In this document: positions 41,932-53,253 of the stretch, piece after piece
Position numbering within the stretch: position 1 is the first letter of the stretch
Layout of the letters: each line of letters opens with the position of its first letter
NCBI GenBank assembly: GCA_965657945.1
Contig: CBFHPW010000002.1
Span: 5,074 to 69,073 of the forward strand
Source: Flavobacteriales bacterium
Lineage (GTDB): Bacteria > Bacteroidota > Bacteroidia > Flavobacteriales_D > CAJJDF01
DNA length: 64,000 nt
Reading direction: 5' to 3'
Position numbers and translations under genes: made by a program
The notes under the pieces: generated by a model
Seen by the model: the letters and a program-made list of their open reading frames with translations, nothing else
What the model was told of the DNA's origin: nothing
Database searches by the model: none

Positions 41932-44592
41932 ATGAAAAATACCCTATTCATACTAGGAATACTAGTGCAATTCATGAGTTTCTCACAAAGCTCATCTTAC
42001 CTTAAAGGAACCTTAATCAACGAAATTGGGTACGTTGTATCCGATGCTAACATTTCTGTTGTAGGTTCTTCGGTTGGTGCCACTACCGATTCCCTAGGTC
42101 GATTTAAAATCTCTGTTTCTCCTGGTGTGGTAAAAATCAGGATTTCTCACTCTTCGTACCAGCAAAAAACATTGAAATACTCCCTTGAGCCAGGCGAGAC
42201 AAAAAGAATTTCTCCGGTATTCAAATTTAGAGTTTTACCCGAATATACCGTGGTTACAAAAAGCACGGATGAAACCATGTTGACATTAATCAAAGTGGAC
42301 GATCAGTTATTTGCCACGCCCAGTGGAAATTTTGAAGCAAGACTTTCGAGTGAGATTGGAGTTGCGATGAACAACGAATTAAGTTCTGGGTACAACGTGA
42401 GAGGTGGGAATTTTGAAGAAAACCTAATTTATGTCAATGACATTGAAATTTACCGTCCATTTTTGGCCAGCAGCGGCCAGCAGGAAGGTTTGAGCTTTAT
42501 TAACTCGAGCATGGTAGATGACATTCAGTTTTCTGCCGGAGGTTTTCAGTCTCGCTACGGAGATAAATTATCGTCTGTACTTGACGTAACCTATAAAAAA
42601 CCAACTGAATTTGGAGGATCAGTCTACGCAAGTTTACTGGGTGCAAATATTCATTTGGAAGGAATTTCAAAAAATCAATTGTGGACCCACAACACGGGAG
42701 CACGATTTAGAAGTAACCGATATTTACTGGGAGCGCTTGACACAAAAGGAGAGTATCAGCCTTTGTTTGGTGATTTACAAACGTACATCACTTTTACGCC
42801 CTCAGAAAACTGGGAGCATTCCTTTTTAGGAAATTACGCTCTCAACCAATACAAAGTTGTGCCTCAAAATAGAGAAACAAGTTTTGGGTCTATTAACCAA
42901 GCACTGCGTTTTACTGTGTTTTTTGACGGGAGTGAAATCACACAATTCCAAACTTTTACCGGAGCGTTCGCTAGTAAATACAGACCGAATGATTCCACTG
43001 AACTAAAATTTATCGCTTCTGCATTCAATACTTACCAGGAAGAGATTTACGATGTGGAAGGCCAATATTTTTTGGATGAACTGGAGCGAGATCCAGGCCA
43101 AGACAATTTTGGTGATGTGGCCTTTAATTTAGGAGTAGGAGGATTCTTGAGACATGCCAGAAACACATTAGATGCAACCGTTGCCACTATGGCACATAAA
43201 GGAAGCAGAAGGTTCAAAAAAAATCATTTGCAATGGGGAGTAAAAGCACAATACGATGTAATTGATGACAAACTAAAAGAATGGAGTTTTACCGATTCTG
43301 CTGGTTTTATTGCTCCCAGACCTTCAGATTCTGTGGGTTACACTGATTCTAGTGCTCAGCCTTATCAATACCTTACATTAGAAAATTCAGTAAGAGCCAA
43401 AAACAGAGTCGAAACAGGAAGATTTTCAGGATATGTGCAAAACACTTGGACCAAAACAAGAAAAGCGGAAAAAACAATGGGCTATTTGGTAAGCCACAAA
43501 GACACAAGCTATTTAACAGACACCCTCGTTTCTGGATACAAACAACTTATTTTTACTGCGGGTATCCGTGCAAATTATTGGACATTTAACCAAGAACTTG
43601 TGGTCAGCCCAAGAACCTCTTTTAAGTACCGCCCTCTGATTTATTTCCAAAATGATTCTGGACAAATTAAGCGAAGAGATATCGCTTTAAGAGCAGCCAT
43701 TGGAGTATACCAGCAACCCCCTTTTTATCGTGAATACCGAAGAATGGATGGAACACTCAATAATAACATTCAAGCCCAGCGCTCATTGCACTTTGTGCTG
43801 GGAGGAGATTACGTTTTTCAAGCTTTAGAAAAAGATTTTAAACTAACCTCAGAAGTGTATTACAAACTGATGGATAGAGTGATTCCCTATGATGTAGATA
43901 ATGTACGAATTAGGTATTATGCTGATAACAATGCAAGAGCATATTCTACGGGAATAGACTTAAAGCTAAACGGAAAGTTAATTCAAGACCTTGAGTCGTG
44001 GGCAACCATTTCAGTAATGTCTACAAAAATAGACCTTTCTAATGATGTTCATTACACTTATTTTAATTCGGCTGGAGACACCATTATTCCCGGAATTACT
44101 TTTGATGACACCAAAGTAGATTCATCTGCCTATTACCCGGGATTCATTCCAAGGCCAACAGATCAAAGAATGTCCTTTGGACTTTCGTTTCAGGACAAAA
44201 TGCCGACATCTTGGAATACGGAAAAAGTAAAGTGGGACAAGTTCAAAGTAAATCTCAATTTTATCTTTAATACGGGATTTCCCTATTTAAAGAAAACACA
44301 ACTTGTAGATCCTTTTTATGCAGATGCATCCAATATTCCCAGAACACCGAGGTATTTGAGAGTCGATATTGGATTTGTAAAAGATTTTATTTCAGAAGAG
44401 CATCCCGCTAGAAAAGGAAGTAAATGGGAAAATTTCGAACAATTATCACTTAGTTTGGAAGTTTTTAACCTTCTTGGAGTAGACAATACAGTCTCGTATA
44501 ATTTTGTACAGGCAACAAACGGAAGGCGGTATGCAATTCCTAACAGACTTACTTCTCGAATTATAAACTTAAAATTAATCGCTCGGTTTTAG
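41932..44592 (+). CDS. TonB-dependent receptor (CarboxypepD_reg-like N-terminus)
   Basis: It has a signal peptide, LKGTLINE..GRFKI, a plug region and a long beta-barrel ending in aromatic ...LKLIARF. The ATG at 41932 is preferred. Confidence 0.85.
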   Translation: MKNTLFILGILVQFMSFSQSSSYLKGTLINEIGYVVSDANISVVGSSVGATTDSLGRFKISVSPGVVKIRISHSSYQQKTLKYSLEPGETKRISPVFKFRVLPEYTVVTKSTDETMLTLIKVDDQLFATPSGNFEARLSSEIGVAMNNELSSGYNVRGGNFEENLIYVNDIEIYRPFLASSGQQEGLSFINSSMVDDIQFSAGGFQSRYGDKLSSVLDVTYKKPTEFGGSVYASLLGANIHLEGISKNQLWTHNTGARFRSNRYLLGALDTKGEYQPLFGDLQTYITFTPSENWEHSFLGNYALNQYKVVPQNRETSFGSINQALRFTVFFDGSEITQFQTFTGAFASKYRPNDSTELKFIASAFNTYQEEIYDVEGQYFLDELERDPGQDNFGDVAFNLGVGGFLRHARNTLDATVATMAHKGSRRFKKNHLQWGVKAQYDVIDDKLKEWSFTDSAGFIAPRPSDSVGYTDSSAQPYQYLTLENSVRAKNRVETGRFSGYVQNTWTKTRKAEKTMGYLVSHKDTSYLTDTLVSGYKQLIFTAGIRANYWTFNQELVVSPRTSFKYRPLIYFQNDSGQIKRRDIALRAAIGVYQQPPFYREYRRMDGTLNNNIQAQRSLHFVLGGDYVFQALEKDFKLTSEVYYKLMDRVIPYDVDNVRIRYYADNNARAYSTGIDLKLNGKLIQDLESWATISVMSTKIDLSNDVHYTYFNSAGDTIIPGITFDDTKVDSSAYYPGFIPRPTDQRMSFGLSFQDKMPTSWNTEKVKWDKFKVNLNFIFNTGFPYLKKTQLVDPFYADASNIPRTPRYLRVDIGFVKDFISEEHPARKGSKWENFEQLSLSLEVFNLLGVDNTVSYNFVQATNGRRYAIPNRLTSRIINLKLIARF

Positions 44593-44706
44593 AAATCTTG
44601 GCAAAGCAATCGCATGGAGCACTTGAATATTACCAGTTTTAATTTTTAAAAAAGAAAATTATTGTTATTTTCGTCAGTATTACTCAAAAAAAGAAAAATT
44701 CATTCT

Positions 44707-46761
44707 ATGAAGAAAATTAATATTCTACTTGCTTTACTTTTGATGCTTTCTTTCGGCCTAACAGCTCAAAAGAAAGAAGAAAAATACTTCAGTAAAAACA
44801 CAAAGTTGGCCGAAAAATCGTTCAACGAATCCAAGTATTTTGACGCCATTATGTTGTTTGACAAGGCATACCCAAAAGCCAAAGGAACAAAAGAGAAGGG
44901 ATTTATCACTTATCACATTGGCGTTGCCAGCCAATACATTGGTGACAATAAAACAGCCAAAGAAAACTACGAACGAGCAATGCGTTTCAAATACGACCGA
45001 GTGGAGCCCGATTTGTATGTGAGACTTGCACAAATGCAAATGCAAGATGCGGAGTACAAAGAAGCCAAAAGAAATTTTGACATGGCTCTAAAAAAAGACC
45101 CAAATGACGAAATGGCAAAGAAAGGGGTTGATGCGATTGATAATGTAAACGATATACTAGCAAATCCTACTAAACACAAGGTTCAGCCAGTAAAAGAACT
45201 GAATTCAGAGTATTACGATTGGTCTATTTCTCAATTTGACAAAAGAGGAGAAGAGTTTATTTTTTCTTCAACAAGAAAAGCTTCAAAAGGAAACATAAAT
45301 GACATAGTTGCCAATGAAGAGTACACTGATTTATACGTAACCAGAGCTGACAGAAATGGCAATTTTGGAGAACCAAAATCTGTGGGTGATAAAATCAATA
45401 CTGAAGATCACGAAGCGTCAGCGGTAATGTACAACGGAAGCAACAGCATACTTTTTACGAGATGTAAAAAAGAAAAAAATAAAGTAAGTGGTTGTCAAAT
45501 TTACACTGCAGATAAAAAAGGAAAAAACTGGAGCGACCCAATAAGACTGCCTTTAACTGATTCATTAGGTTATTCAGTAGGTCATCCTGCTACTGACAGA
45601 AAAGGCACTTTTATTGTATTTTCTTCGGACATGCCGGGAGGTAGAGGAGGAAAAGATCTTTGGATTGCAGAATATAACAAGAGAACAAAAGAATGGGGTA
45701 AGGCCAAAAACTTGGGGACTGCCATTAATACCGCAGGCGATGAAAAATTTCCTACCATCGGTTCTGATGGATCGTTGTACTTCTCTTCAAATGGACTTCC
45801 AGGAATTGGAGGGCTGGATATTTTTAAAGCAACAAAGATTGGAACCTCTAACAAATGGACTCGACCCGAAAACATGGGAATTCCTATCAACTCCTCGAAA
45901 GATGACCATGGAATTATCTTCGGTAGATCAGGTGAGAACTCTGGATATTTTTCTTCCAGTAGACTGGGGAAAAATGAAATGGATCAAAAATCTGATATTT
46001 TTAAATTTGACTTGCCAGAATGTGCCTTAACAATAAAAGGACGAGTAAGAGACCAAGACACAAAAGAACCACTTGCTGGAGCTTCTGTTATGTTAACAGG
46101 TTCGGATGGTTCTACTGCTACGATCAAAACCGACTCTGAAGGTAACTTTGAGTTTGGTAAAAGAGGAACTGGAAGGTATGTTAAGAAAGATGTAAACTAT
46201 ACACTTGAGTATTCGCACAAAAATGAGGAGAAATTTTGGTTGACTAGAAAATCGAAAAGAACAACTGTTGGAGACTACTGCAACGAAACATTCTATGAAG
46301 ACGTAGAATTAGTATGTGCAATTGGGTGTAAACCTATTATTATGCCAGAAGTTCAATATCCACTGGGAAAAGCTACTTTATTGGTAAACGAAAAAGTAAA
46401 CTCTCAGGATTCTTTGTTATTCTTATATAACATAATGATTGATAACCCAACTATTAGAGTTCAATTGGAATCTCACACGGATTGTAGAGATTCAGATAAG
46501 AGAAACTTAGAGTTGTCCCAAAGAAGAGCTCAGACTTGTGTGGATTACTTAATCTCTAAAGGAATTGACAAAAGCAGATTAGTTGCAAAAGGTTTTGGAG
46601 AATCACTGCCAAGAATTATCAACGAAGGCGGAATAGAAAAAACATTGGAGTGCGGCATGATTAACAGTCTGAAAAACTCAAACAAGGAATTATTCGAGAA
46701 ATACCACCAATTAAATAGAAGAACAACTTTCTCTGTGATTAAAGACAAAGAAGAAAAATAA
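44707..46761 (+). CDS. OmpA-family protein with TPR, TolB-like beta-propeller repeats and a CarboxypepD_reg-like domain
   Basis: ATG at 44707 (MKKINILLALLLM). It has a TPR-like N-terminus and PD40-like repeats (DEKFPTIGSDGSLYFSS). The C-terminal OmpA motif is NLELSQRRAQTCVDYLISKGI..RRT. Confidence 0.8.
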   Translation: MKKINILLALLLMLSFGLTAQKKEEKYFSKNTKLAEKSFNESKYFDAIMLFDKAYPKAKGTKEKGFITYHIGVASQYIGDNKTAKENYERAMRFKYDRVEPDLYVRLAQMQMQDAEYKEAKRNFDMALKKDPNDEMAKKGVDAIDNVNDILANPTKHKVQPVKELNSEYYDWSISQFDKRGEEFIFSSTRKASKGNINDIVANEEYTDLYVTRADRNGNFGEPKSVGDKINTEDHEASAVMYNGSNSILFTRCKKEKNKVSGCQIYTADKKGKNWSDPIRLPLTDSLGYSVGHPATDRKGTFIVFSSDMPGGRGGKDLWIAEYNKRTKEWGKAKNLGTAINTAGDEKFPTIGSDGSLYFSSNGLPGIGGLDIFKATKIGTSNKWTRPENMGIPINSSKDDHGIIFGRSGENSGYFSSSRLGKNEMDQKSDIFKFDLPECALTIKGRVRDQDTKEPLAGASVMLTGSDGSTATIKTDSEGNFEFGKRGTGRYVKKDVNYTLEYSHKNEEKFWLTRKSKRTTVGDYCNETFYEDVELVCAIGCKPIIMPEVQYPLGKATLLVNEKVNSQDSLLFLYNIMIDNPTIRVQLESHTDCRDSDKRNLELSQRRAQTCVDYLISKGIDKSRLVAKGFGESLPRIINEGGIEKTLECGMINSLKNSNKELFEKYHQLNRRTTFSVIKDKEEK

Positions 46762-46775
46762 AAATAAATACTCAC

Positions 46776-46812
46776 AAAAAAAGCACTCCAGTACTTGGAG
46801 TGCTTTTTTTTT
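46776..46812 (+). terminator. Intrinsic terminator after the ompA-family gene
   Basis: Stem agcactcca / tggagtgct, 5-nt loop, T9 run. Confidence 0.85.
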
Positions 46813-46887
46813 ATCCAATAGTGAGAAACTGATTCCTTAATTATCCTTACTTTTGTGGGAAGAAAAATCGCTAAGAAAACCAAGTAC

Positions 46888-48075
46888 ATGGCAGACGTAA
46901 AATACAACCAAAGAGGGGTATCGGCATCAAAAGAAGATGTGCATGCAGCAATTAAGAACATTGACAAAGGAGTATTTCCCAATGCTTTTTGCAAAGTAGT
47001 TCCAGATCATTTAGGGAATGACGAAGATTACTGTATCGTAATGCATGCAGATGGCGCAGGAACTAAATCGTCTTTAGCCTACATGTATTGGAAAGAAACA
47101 GGAGATGTTTCTGTATGGAAAGGAATAGCACAAGATGCATTGATAATGAATCTTGACGACTTACTATGTATTGGAGCTACGGACAATATTTTACTTTCTT
47201 CAACAATTGGTAGAAATAAAAACTTGATAACGGGCGAAGTACTCTCATCAATTATCAACGGAACAGAAGAACTTCTTACCGATTTGCGAAAGTGGGGAAT
47301 TAATATTTACTCAACTGGAGGAGAAACTGCAGACGTGGGAGATTTAGTGAGAACGATTATTGTGGACTCTACGGTTACTTGCCGCATGAAAAAATCTGAT
47401 GTGATAGAAAACAACATTCAACCTGGGAATGTAATCGTGGGACTTTCTTCTTTTGGGCAAGCTAGCTACGAAAATGAATACAACGGTGGAATGGGGAGTA
47501 ACGGACTTACTTCGGCTAGGCATGATGTTTTTAATAATTATTTGTCAACTAAATATCCTGAAAGTTTTGATCCACAAGTGCCAAAAGAATTGGTGTATGT
47601 AGGAAATAAAAAACTGACCGACTCGGTAGAGAATAGTCCGATTGATGCAGGAAAACTCGTTTTGTCCCCTACCCGAACCTATGCTCCTATCATTAAAAAA
47701 ATTCTTGACAAGCACCGCAACAAGATAAACGGAATGATTCATTGCAGTGGAGGAGCTCAAACCAAAGTTCTTCACTTTTGTGACAAGGTTCATGTAATAA
47801 AAGACAACATGTTTACTCTGCCCCCACTTTTTAAGTTGATTCAGGAAGAATCGGGAACCTCGTGGGAAGAAATGTATAAAGTGTTCAACATGGGACATCG
47901 AATGGAATTATATGTTCCTCAAGAAATAGCCCAAGACATTATCGAAATCTCAGAATCTTTTAATGTAGAAGCTAAAATTATTGGGCGTGTGGAAGACAAA
48001 AGTTCTATCGAAAATGGGAGGTCAAAACAACTCACAATTAAATCGGAGTATGGAGAGTTTGTTTATAACAACTAG
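46888..48075 (+). CDS. purM: AIR synthase family protein (PurM-like)
   Basis: It has HADGAGTKS and DDLLCIGA motifs and a PurM N/C domain layout. The ATG at 46888 is preferred over 46855. Confidence 0.7.
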   Translation: MADVKYNQRGVSASKEDVHAAIKNIDKGVFPNAFCKVVPDHLGNDEDYCIVMHADGAGTKSSLAYMYWKETGDVSVWKGIAQDALIMNLDDLLCIGATDNILLSSTIGRNKNLITGEVLSSIINGTEELLTDLRKWGINIYSTGGETADVGDLVRTIIVDSTVTCRMKKSDVIENNIQPGNVIVGLSSFGQASYENEYNGGMGSNGLTSARHDVFNNYLSTKYPESFDPQVPKELVYVGNKKLTDSVENSPIDAGKLVLSPTRTYAPIIKKILDKHRNKINGMIHCSGGAQTKVLHFCDKVHVIKDNMFTLPPLFKLIQEESGTSWEEMYKVFNMGHRMELYVPQEIAQDIIEISESFNVEAKIIGRVEDKSSIENGRSKQLTIKSEYGEFVYNN

Positions 48076-48199
48076 CACTAGATACTATTTTTGGTCAGAA
48101 AAAAAGCCGAAAATCACTCGAACTGACAAGGATAATAAAAAATTGAATTAGTATTGAAATTCTAACGAATGAATACTAACGACTAAATACTGATGAAAA

Positions 48200-49282
48200 A
48201 TGTCAAACTTAATAGGTAAACTGGAATTAATAAAAGAGAGATGGGAAGAGATCGGAAAAAAAATAATTGACCCAGAAATTATTTCAGACATGAAGCTTTA
48301 CGTAAAACTTACCAAGGAATATAAAGACCTGGAAGAGGTCGTAAAAGCATTGGATAAATTGAAAAGCCTTACTTCTAACATAGCTTCGAATAAGGAAATA
48401 ATAAAAACGGAAACGGACCCGGATTTTGTGGAAATGGCGAAAGAAGAGTTAGCTGATTGCGAAAGCCAATTGGCCATATTGAATGAAGAAATAAAGGTTC
48501 TACTAATACCAAAGGACCCAGAAGATGCCAAGAATGTGGTGGTAGAAGTAAGAGCGGGAGCTGGAGGTGACGAAGCAAGTATTTTTGCAGGAGACTTATA
48601 CAGAATGTACACCAAATATGCCTCTTCCAAGAACTGGCAAGTTGATGTAGTGGATACAGCCGAAGGTACAAACGGAGGTTTTAAGGAAATAATTTTTGAA
48701 ATCACTGGCGCTGACGTTTACGGTGAAATGAAATATGAATCGGGAGTGCATAGGGTACAAAGAGTGCCTCAAACCGAAACACAAGGAAGAGTTCATACTT
48801 CTGCTGCATCGGTAATTGTATTGCCAGAGGCTGAAGAATTTGACATTGAAATAAAAAAAGCGGACTTACGGGTAGATTCTTATTGCTCATCTGGACCAGG
48901 AGGACAGTCTGTCAATACAACCTACTCTGCAATTAGATTAACCCACATTCCTACAGGAGTTGTGGCTCAATGTCAGGATCAAAAGTCTAAACTCAAGAAT
49001 TACGACAAAGCCCTTTCAGTTTTAAGGTCTCGAGTATACGAAATAGAGCTTCAAAAGAAATTGGAGAGTGACGCATCAACGCGAAAATCATTGGTTTCTT
49101 CGAGCGACAGATCAGCAAAGATTAGGACTTACAACTATCCACAAGGAAGGGTAACAGACCATAGAATAAACCTAACTCTGTACAACCTTCCTAATATTAT
49201 AAATGGTGACATTGCCGAAATATCGGAAGCTTTAAAATTAGCGGACAACGCTGAGAAGATGAAAGAAGGTGCAGAAGCGTAA
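48200..49282 (+). CDS. prfA: Peptide chain release factor 1
   Basis: 360 aa with the PQT tripeptide ([10 protein letters not shown], the bacteroidetal variant of PxT) and the GGQ motif [10 protein letters not shown]. Confidence 0.95.
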   Translation: MSNLIGKLELIKERWEEIGKKIIDPEIISDMKLYVKLTKEYKDLEEVVKALDKLKSLTSNIASNKEIIKTETDPDFVEMAKEELADCESQLAILNEEIKVLLIPKDPEDAKNVVVEVRAGAGGDEASIFAGDLYRMYTKYASSKNWQVDVVDTAEGTNGGFKEIIFEITGADVYGEMKYESGVHRVQRVPQTETQGRVHTSAASVIVLPEAEEFDIEIKKADLRVDSYCSSGPGGQSVNTTYSAIRLTHIPTGVVAQCQDQKSKLKNYDKALSVLRSRVYEIELQKKLESDASTRKSLVSSSDRSAKIRTYNYPQGRVTDHRINLTLYNLPNIINGDIAEISEALKLADNAEKMKEGAEA

Positions 49283-49527
49283 AAAAGACTGATGACCGCT
49301 TCGCTTATAGACTTTAGATAAAAGAACTATGAATACACTTCGACTCCGCTGAGGCCCAATGACAAGAAAAAGAAGACAAAAAAAGTAAGCTGAAATAGAA
49401 AATTTAAGACCAACCAGAGAACCAATAAAGCGAACATCTCTCGTCCTGAGAATTAAACGAAAGAGGTGTGTTTTTGACAAGCATAAAAAAATGACTAATA
49501 ACTAATCCCTTTTTACTATTATATCAA

Positions 49528-50334
49528 ATGAATTACCAAGAATTAGTTTCGCAGATAAAAAAGAAAAAATCCTTCCTGTGTGTTGGATTGGATACGGATT
49601 TGAATAAAATCCCACCTCATTTATTGGAAACAGAAGATCCGGTTTTTGAGTTCAACAAAGCAATTATAGATGCTACCAAAGAATATTGCGTGGCCTACAA
49701 ACCGAATATTGCTTTTTATGAAATGTTGGGAGCTTCGGGATGGAAAAGTCTGCAAAAAACAATCGAATACATTCCTACTACTCACTTCACCATAGCGGAT
49801 GCCAAAAGAGGCGATATTGGGAACACCAGTTTGTATTATGCCAATACTTTTTTCGATACTTTTCAGTTCGATTCAGTAACGGTGGCACCTTACATGGGAA
49901 GCGATTCAGTTATTCCTTATTTGCAACACAAGGACAAATGGGCAATTTTACTCGCTTTGACTTCTAATAAAGGAGCGGATGATTTTGAATTACAAAAACT
50001 CGAAAACGGGGAATACTTATTTGAAAAAGTACTGGCTACTTCCAAAGAATGGGGAAGTGAAAGCAATACCATGTATGTGGTTGGAGCTACTCGCCCCGAA
50101 ATGCTCACTGAAATTCGAAAAATAGTCCCAAACCATTTTCTACTTGTTCCCGGAGTGGGGGCTCAAGGAGGAAGTTTGACTGAAGTAGCAAAACATGGAA
50201 TGAACGAAAATATAGGCCTTTTGGTGAACTCCTCAAGAGGGATAATCTACGCTGGGAACGGACCTGACTTTGCCGAGAAAGCAAAAGAAAAAGCCAGGGA
50301 AATTCAGTTGGAAATGGCTCAATTAATGTCTTAA
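49528..50334 (+). CDS. pyrF: Orotidine-5'-phosphate decarboxylase (type 2)
   Basis: 268 aa with FLCVGLDTD and [12 protein letters not shown]. Confidence 0.9.
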   Translation: MNYQELVSQIKKKKSFLCVGLDTDLNKIPPHLLETEDPVFEFNKAIIDATKEYCVAYKPNIAFYEMLGASGWKSLQKTIEYIPTTHFTIADAKRGDIGNTSLYYANTFFDTFQFDSVTVAPYMGSDSVIPYLQHKDKWAILLALTSNKGADDFELQKLENGEYLFEKVLATSKEWGSESNTMYVVGATRPEMLTEIRKIVPNHFLLVPGVGAQGGSLTEVAKHGMNENIGLLVNSSRGIIYAGNGPDFAEKAKEKAREIQLEMAQLMS

Positions 50335-50345
50335 AATAGATCAAC

Positions 50346-51521
50346 ATGAATATTATATTATTTGACGGAATTTACCACAAGAATCTGCTGCCTTTAACCT
50401 ACACAAGGCCAGTTGCAGAGCTTCGAATAGGAATATTGACCATAAAGCAAAAATGGGAACAATACGTGGAAAATCCTATTCAGATAAAAACACAAGAATA
50501 TTTAGCCAAAAAATTTGGCTCACCCTCCGAGGAAAATTCTATTGGAATCAATGCCTCTATTCTTCCATCGGATGATTTGATGAGTAGTTTGCTGGAATTA
50601 AAAAACAAACAAATCCTCACCTCTAAAGGTAAAATTGTAGCAGTAAATCCATTGCCAATTAATTCGGAAAACATTGAAGAAGCGCTGAGCGAGTACAAAA
50701 TGGTTGAGACGAAAGCAGAGTTCTTGCAGGTGGAAAATGTTTGGGATTTATTTCGATTAAATGACCAAGCAATAAGAGCAGACATTGAGTTAATAAAAGC
50801 TGGTAAAACCTTTGTATCACCCTCCTCTACCAATCAGGTTTTGGGTAATGATATTTACATAGAAGAAGGGGCAAAAGTAGAATGCGCAATTTTGAATACC
50901 ACAACTGGACCAATTTACATAGCAAAAGGAGCGGAAGTTATGGAAGGAAGTATTTTGAGAGGCCCAATTGCTATTTGTGAAAATGGCGTAGTAAAAATGG
51001 GAGCAAAAATATACGGAGCAACCACCATAGGACCTTATTCCAAAGTAGGTGGAGAGGTAAATAATTGCATGATTCAAGGGTATTCCAATAAAGGCCACGA
51101 TGGTTTTTTAGGAAATGCTGTTTTGGGCGAATGGTGCAACCTTGGGGCAGATACTAACAATTCGAATCTTAAGAATAACTACCAATCCGTTGACTTATAT
51201 AATTACCCCGAAGCTAAATATCTAGATACGGGGCTTCAGTTTTGTGGACTTGTAATGGGTGACCATTCAAAATCCGCAATTAACACGATGTTCAACACCG
51301 GAACAGTGGTAGGAGTAAGTGCCAATATATATGGCGCAGATTTCCCTTCCAAGTTCATCCCTTCTTATTCGTGGGGTGGCAGAAAGCCGCTTGAGTATAA
51401 ATTTGACAAAGCGATGGATACGGCAAAACGAGTAATGGAGAGAAGAAACATTTCGCTGACCGAAGAAGATTTAAATATCCTGGAATACGTGTACAAAGAG
51501 AGTCAAAAGTTCAGGAAATAA
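50346..51521 (+). CDS. Putative sugar nucleotidyltransferase with left-handed beta-helix C-terminus (GlmU-like)
   Basis: 391 aa with hexapeptide-repeat-like segments in the C-terminal half. This is a conserved Bacteroidota family. Confidence 0.6.
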   Translation: MNIILFDGIYHKNLLPLTYTRPVAELRIGILTIKQKWEQYVENPIQIKTQEYLAKKFGSPSEENSIGINASILPSDDLMSSLLELKNKQILTSKGKIVAVNPLPINSENIEEALSEYKMVETKAEFLQVENVWDLFRLNDQAIRADIELIKAGKTFVSPSSTNQVLGNDIYIEEGAKVECAILNTTTGPIYIAKGAEVMEGSILRGPIAICENGVVKMGAKIYGATTIGPYSKVGGEVNNCMIQGYSNKGHDGFLGNAVLGEWCNLGADTNNSNLKNNYQSVDLYNYPEAKYLDTGLQFCGLVMGDHSKSAINTMFNTGTVVGVSANIYGADFPSKFIPSYSWGGRKPLEYKFDKAMDTAKRVMERRNISLTEEDLNILEYVYKESQKFRK

Positions 51522-51546
51522 ACATAAAATAAGTTGCAGAATTCCT

Positions 51547-51575
51547 TTTGTTTTAAAATAAGTTTCCTATATTTG
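51547..51575 (+). promoter_or_regulatory. Bacteroidota-type promoter: -33 TTTG (51547-51550) and -7 TATATTTG (51568-51575)
   Basis: Perfect TAnnTTTG box followed by cag, with an upstream TTTG 17 nt away. It lies upstream of the small ORF and tRNA-Met. Confidence 0.6.
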
Positions 51576-51597
51576 CAGTCCGATAAAAACAAGAACA

Positions 51598-51717
51598 ATG
51601 AAAATTAGAGTAGCAAAAAAAATAGTTAAAAATCAAGAGAATTTAAACTATAACAAAGGTCAAGTACAAAAAGCTGAAAAAACTGTTGAAAAATACAGCA
51701 AAAACGCTCCTAAATAA
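51598..51717 (+). CDS. 39-aa Lys-rich small ORF (below track threshold), unknown function
   Basis: ATG at 51598 and TAA at 51715-51717, giving MKIRVAKKIVKNQENLNYNKGQVQKAEKTVEKYSKNAPK. It starts 22 nt downstream of the -7 box and ends 14 nt before the tRNA. Confidence 0.35.
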   Translation: MKIRVAKKIVKNQENLNYNKGQVQKAEKTVEKYSKNAPK

Positions 51718-51731
51718 TATGTAAGATACAT

Positions 51732-51804
<73 letters not shown>

Positions 51805-51813
51805 CTACGAAAA

Positions 51814-51846
51814 AAGATCACTAAGCAATTAGTGATCTTTTTTTTG
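51814..51846 (+). terminator. Intrinsic terminator after tRNA-Met
   Basis: Perfect 11-bp stem aagatcactaa / ttagtgatctt, loop gcaa, T9 run. Confidence 0.9.
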
Positions 51847-51852
51847 TTTAAT

Positions 51853-52060
51853 TATGCTGTGTTTCAAGTATCTGTTTTATATAGTATTGAATTTAACAAA
51901 ATCTACCTTGGTTTTAACGCCAATTTAAAACAACGGGTTATTTCCCATCATAAACTTGCAAAAAAAGGTACACTCATAAATTCAGACCTTGGACCATTTC
52001 TATTATGGAAGAATTCTTTTCAAAATCTGATGCTATAAAAAAAGAAAAAATACCGATAGT
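51853..52060 (+). pseudogene. Decayed GIY-YIG nuclease family gene (no start, frameshift, truncated 3' end)
   Basis: Frame 1 reads VSVLYSIEFNKIYLGFNANLKQRVISHHKLAKKG..GPFLLW. Homology continues in another frame from 52008 as EEFFSKSDAIKKEKI. There is no in-frame ATG outside the terminator, and the tail runs into the kbl 3' end. Confidence 0.5.
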
Positions 52061-53247
52061 TAAATCACTCCTAGTTTCTTCCCAACCTTGGTAAAAGCTT
52101 CAATAGCTCTATCTAAATGCTCGATTTCATGTCCTGCAGAAATCTGAACTCTTATCCTTGCTTGACCCTTTGGCACTACTGGATAATAAAAACCAATCAC
52201 ATAAATCCCTTCTTTGAGCAACTCATTACTAAAGTCTTGAGACAATTTAGCCTCATATAACATAATGGGAACAATTGGAGAATCACCCTCCTTAATATCG
52301 AATCCGGCCGCTTTAATCTTCTCTTTAAAGTAATTTTTATTCGACTCCAGTTTATCTCTTAATTCAGTATTATCTGACAAGATATCGAAGACTTTATTTG
52401 ATGCTCCAACAATGGAAGGTGCGAGAGAATTAGAAAATAAATAAGGCCTCGATCTCTGTCTAAGCATGTCGATAATTTCTTTCTTTCCAGTGGTGTAACC
52501 CCCCATGGCTCCGCCTAGTGCTTTTCCCAAAGTTCCGGTAACAATATCTACTTTATCCATTACGCCAAAGTGCTCAGGCACTCCCCTTCCCGTTTTCCCA
52601 ATAAAACCTGCTGAGTGACACTCGTCAGTCATAACCAAGGCATCGTATTTCTCGGCTAAAGCACATATCTCGTCCATTTTAGCCAAATCTCCGTCCATCG
52701 AGAATACGCCATCAGTTACAATAATCCTATGACGTTGTTCTTGCGATTTGATTAATTGCTGCTCTAAATCTGCCATATCACTGTGAGCATATCTATATCG
52801 GGCAGCCTTACACAACCTGACTCCATCAATAATCGATGCATGATTTAGAGAATCAGAAATAATAGCATCTTCGGCACCAAAAAGTGGCTCAAATACTCCT
52901 CCATTTGCATCAAAAGCTGCTGCATATAGAATGGTGTCTTCCGTGCCATAAAAATCGGCTATTTTTTTCTCTAATTCTTTATGAATGTCTTGCGTTCCGC
53001 AAATAAATCTCACCGAAGACATCCCAAACCCATGAGAATCTAGTGTATCTTTTGCAGCTTTAATAACCTCAGGATGGGACGAAAGACCCAAATAATTGTT
53101 GGCACAAAAATTCAAGACATTATCCCCTGTGTTAACAGCAATTTCTGCCGACTGTGGATTGACAATTACTCGTTCGGATTTGTACAATCCTGCTTCTTTT
53201 ATTTCCTTCAATTCTTGTCGAAGATGTTCTTTTAGTTTTCCGTACAT
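52060..53247 (-). CDS. kbl: Glycine C-acetyltransferase (2-amino-3-ketobutyrate CoA ligase)
   Basis: 395 aa with NNYLGLS and the PLP lysine region GTLGKALGG. The overall layout is that of the alpha-oxoamine synthase family. Confidence 0.9.
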   Translation of the reverse strand: MYGKLKEHLRQELKEIKEAGLYKSERVIVNPQSAEIAVNTGDNVLNFCANNYLGLSSHPEVIKAAKDTLDSHGFGMSSVRFICGTQDIHKELEKKIADFYGTEDTILYAAAFDANGGVFEPLFGAEDAIISDSLNHASIIDGVRLCKAARYRYAHSDMADLEQQLIKSQEQRHRIIVTDGVFSMDGDLAKMDEICALAEKYDALVMTDECHSAGFIGKTGRGVPEHFGVMDKVDIVTGTLGKALGGAMGGYTTGKKEIIDMLRQRSRPYLFSNSLAPSIVGASNKVFDILSDNTELRDKLESNKNYFKEKIKAAGFDIKEGDSPIVPIMLYEAKLSQDFSNELLKEGIYVIGFYYPVVPKGQARIRVQISAGHEIEHLDRAIEAFTKVGKKLGVI

Positions 53248-53253
53248 TCTTAT

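Noticed and set aside
46545-46994. 149-aa minus-strand ORF
   Set aside because: It spans the 3' end of the ompA-family gene, a strong terminator hairpin and the 5' end of the purM-like gene, which is incompatible with a real gene.
49238-49480. 80-aa minus-strand ORF in the prfA-pyrF spacer, and a possible PyrR-type attenuator upstream of pyrF
   Set aside because: The ORF overlaps the prfA 3' end and has no motif. The hairpin near 49430-49480 is imperfect and lacks the UCCAGAGAGG PyrR-binding loop.
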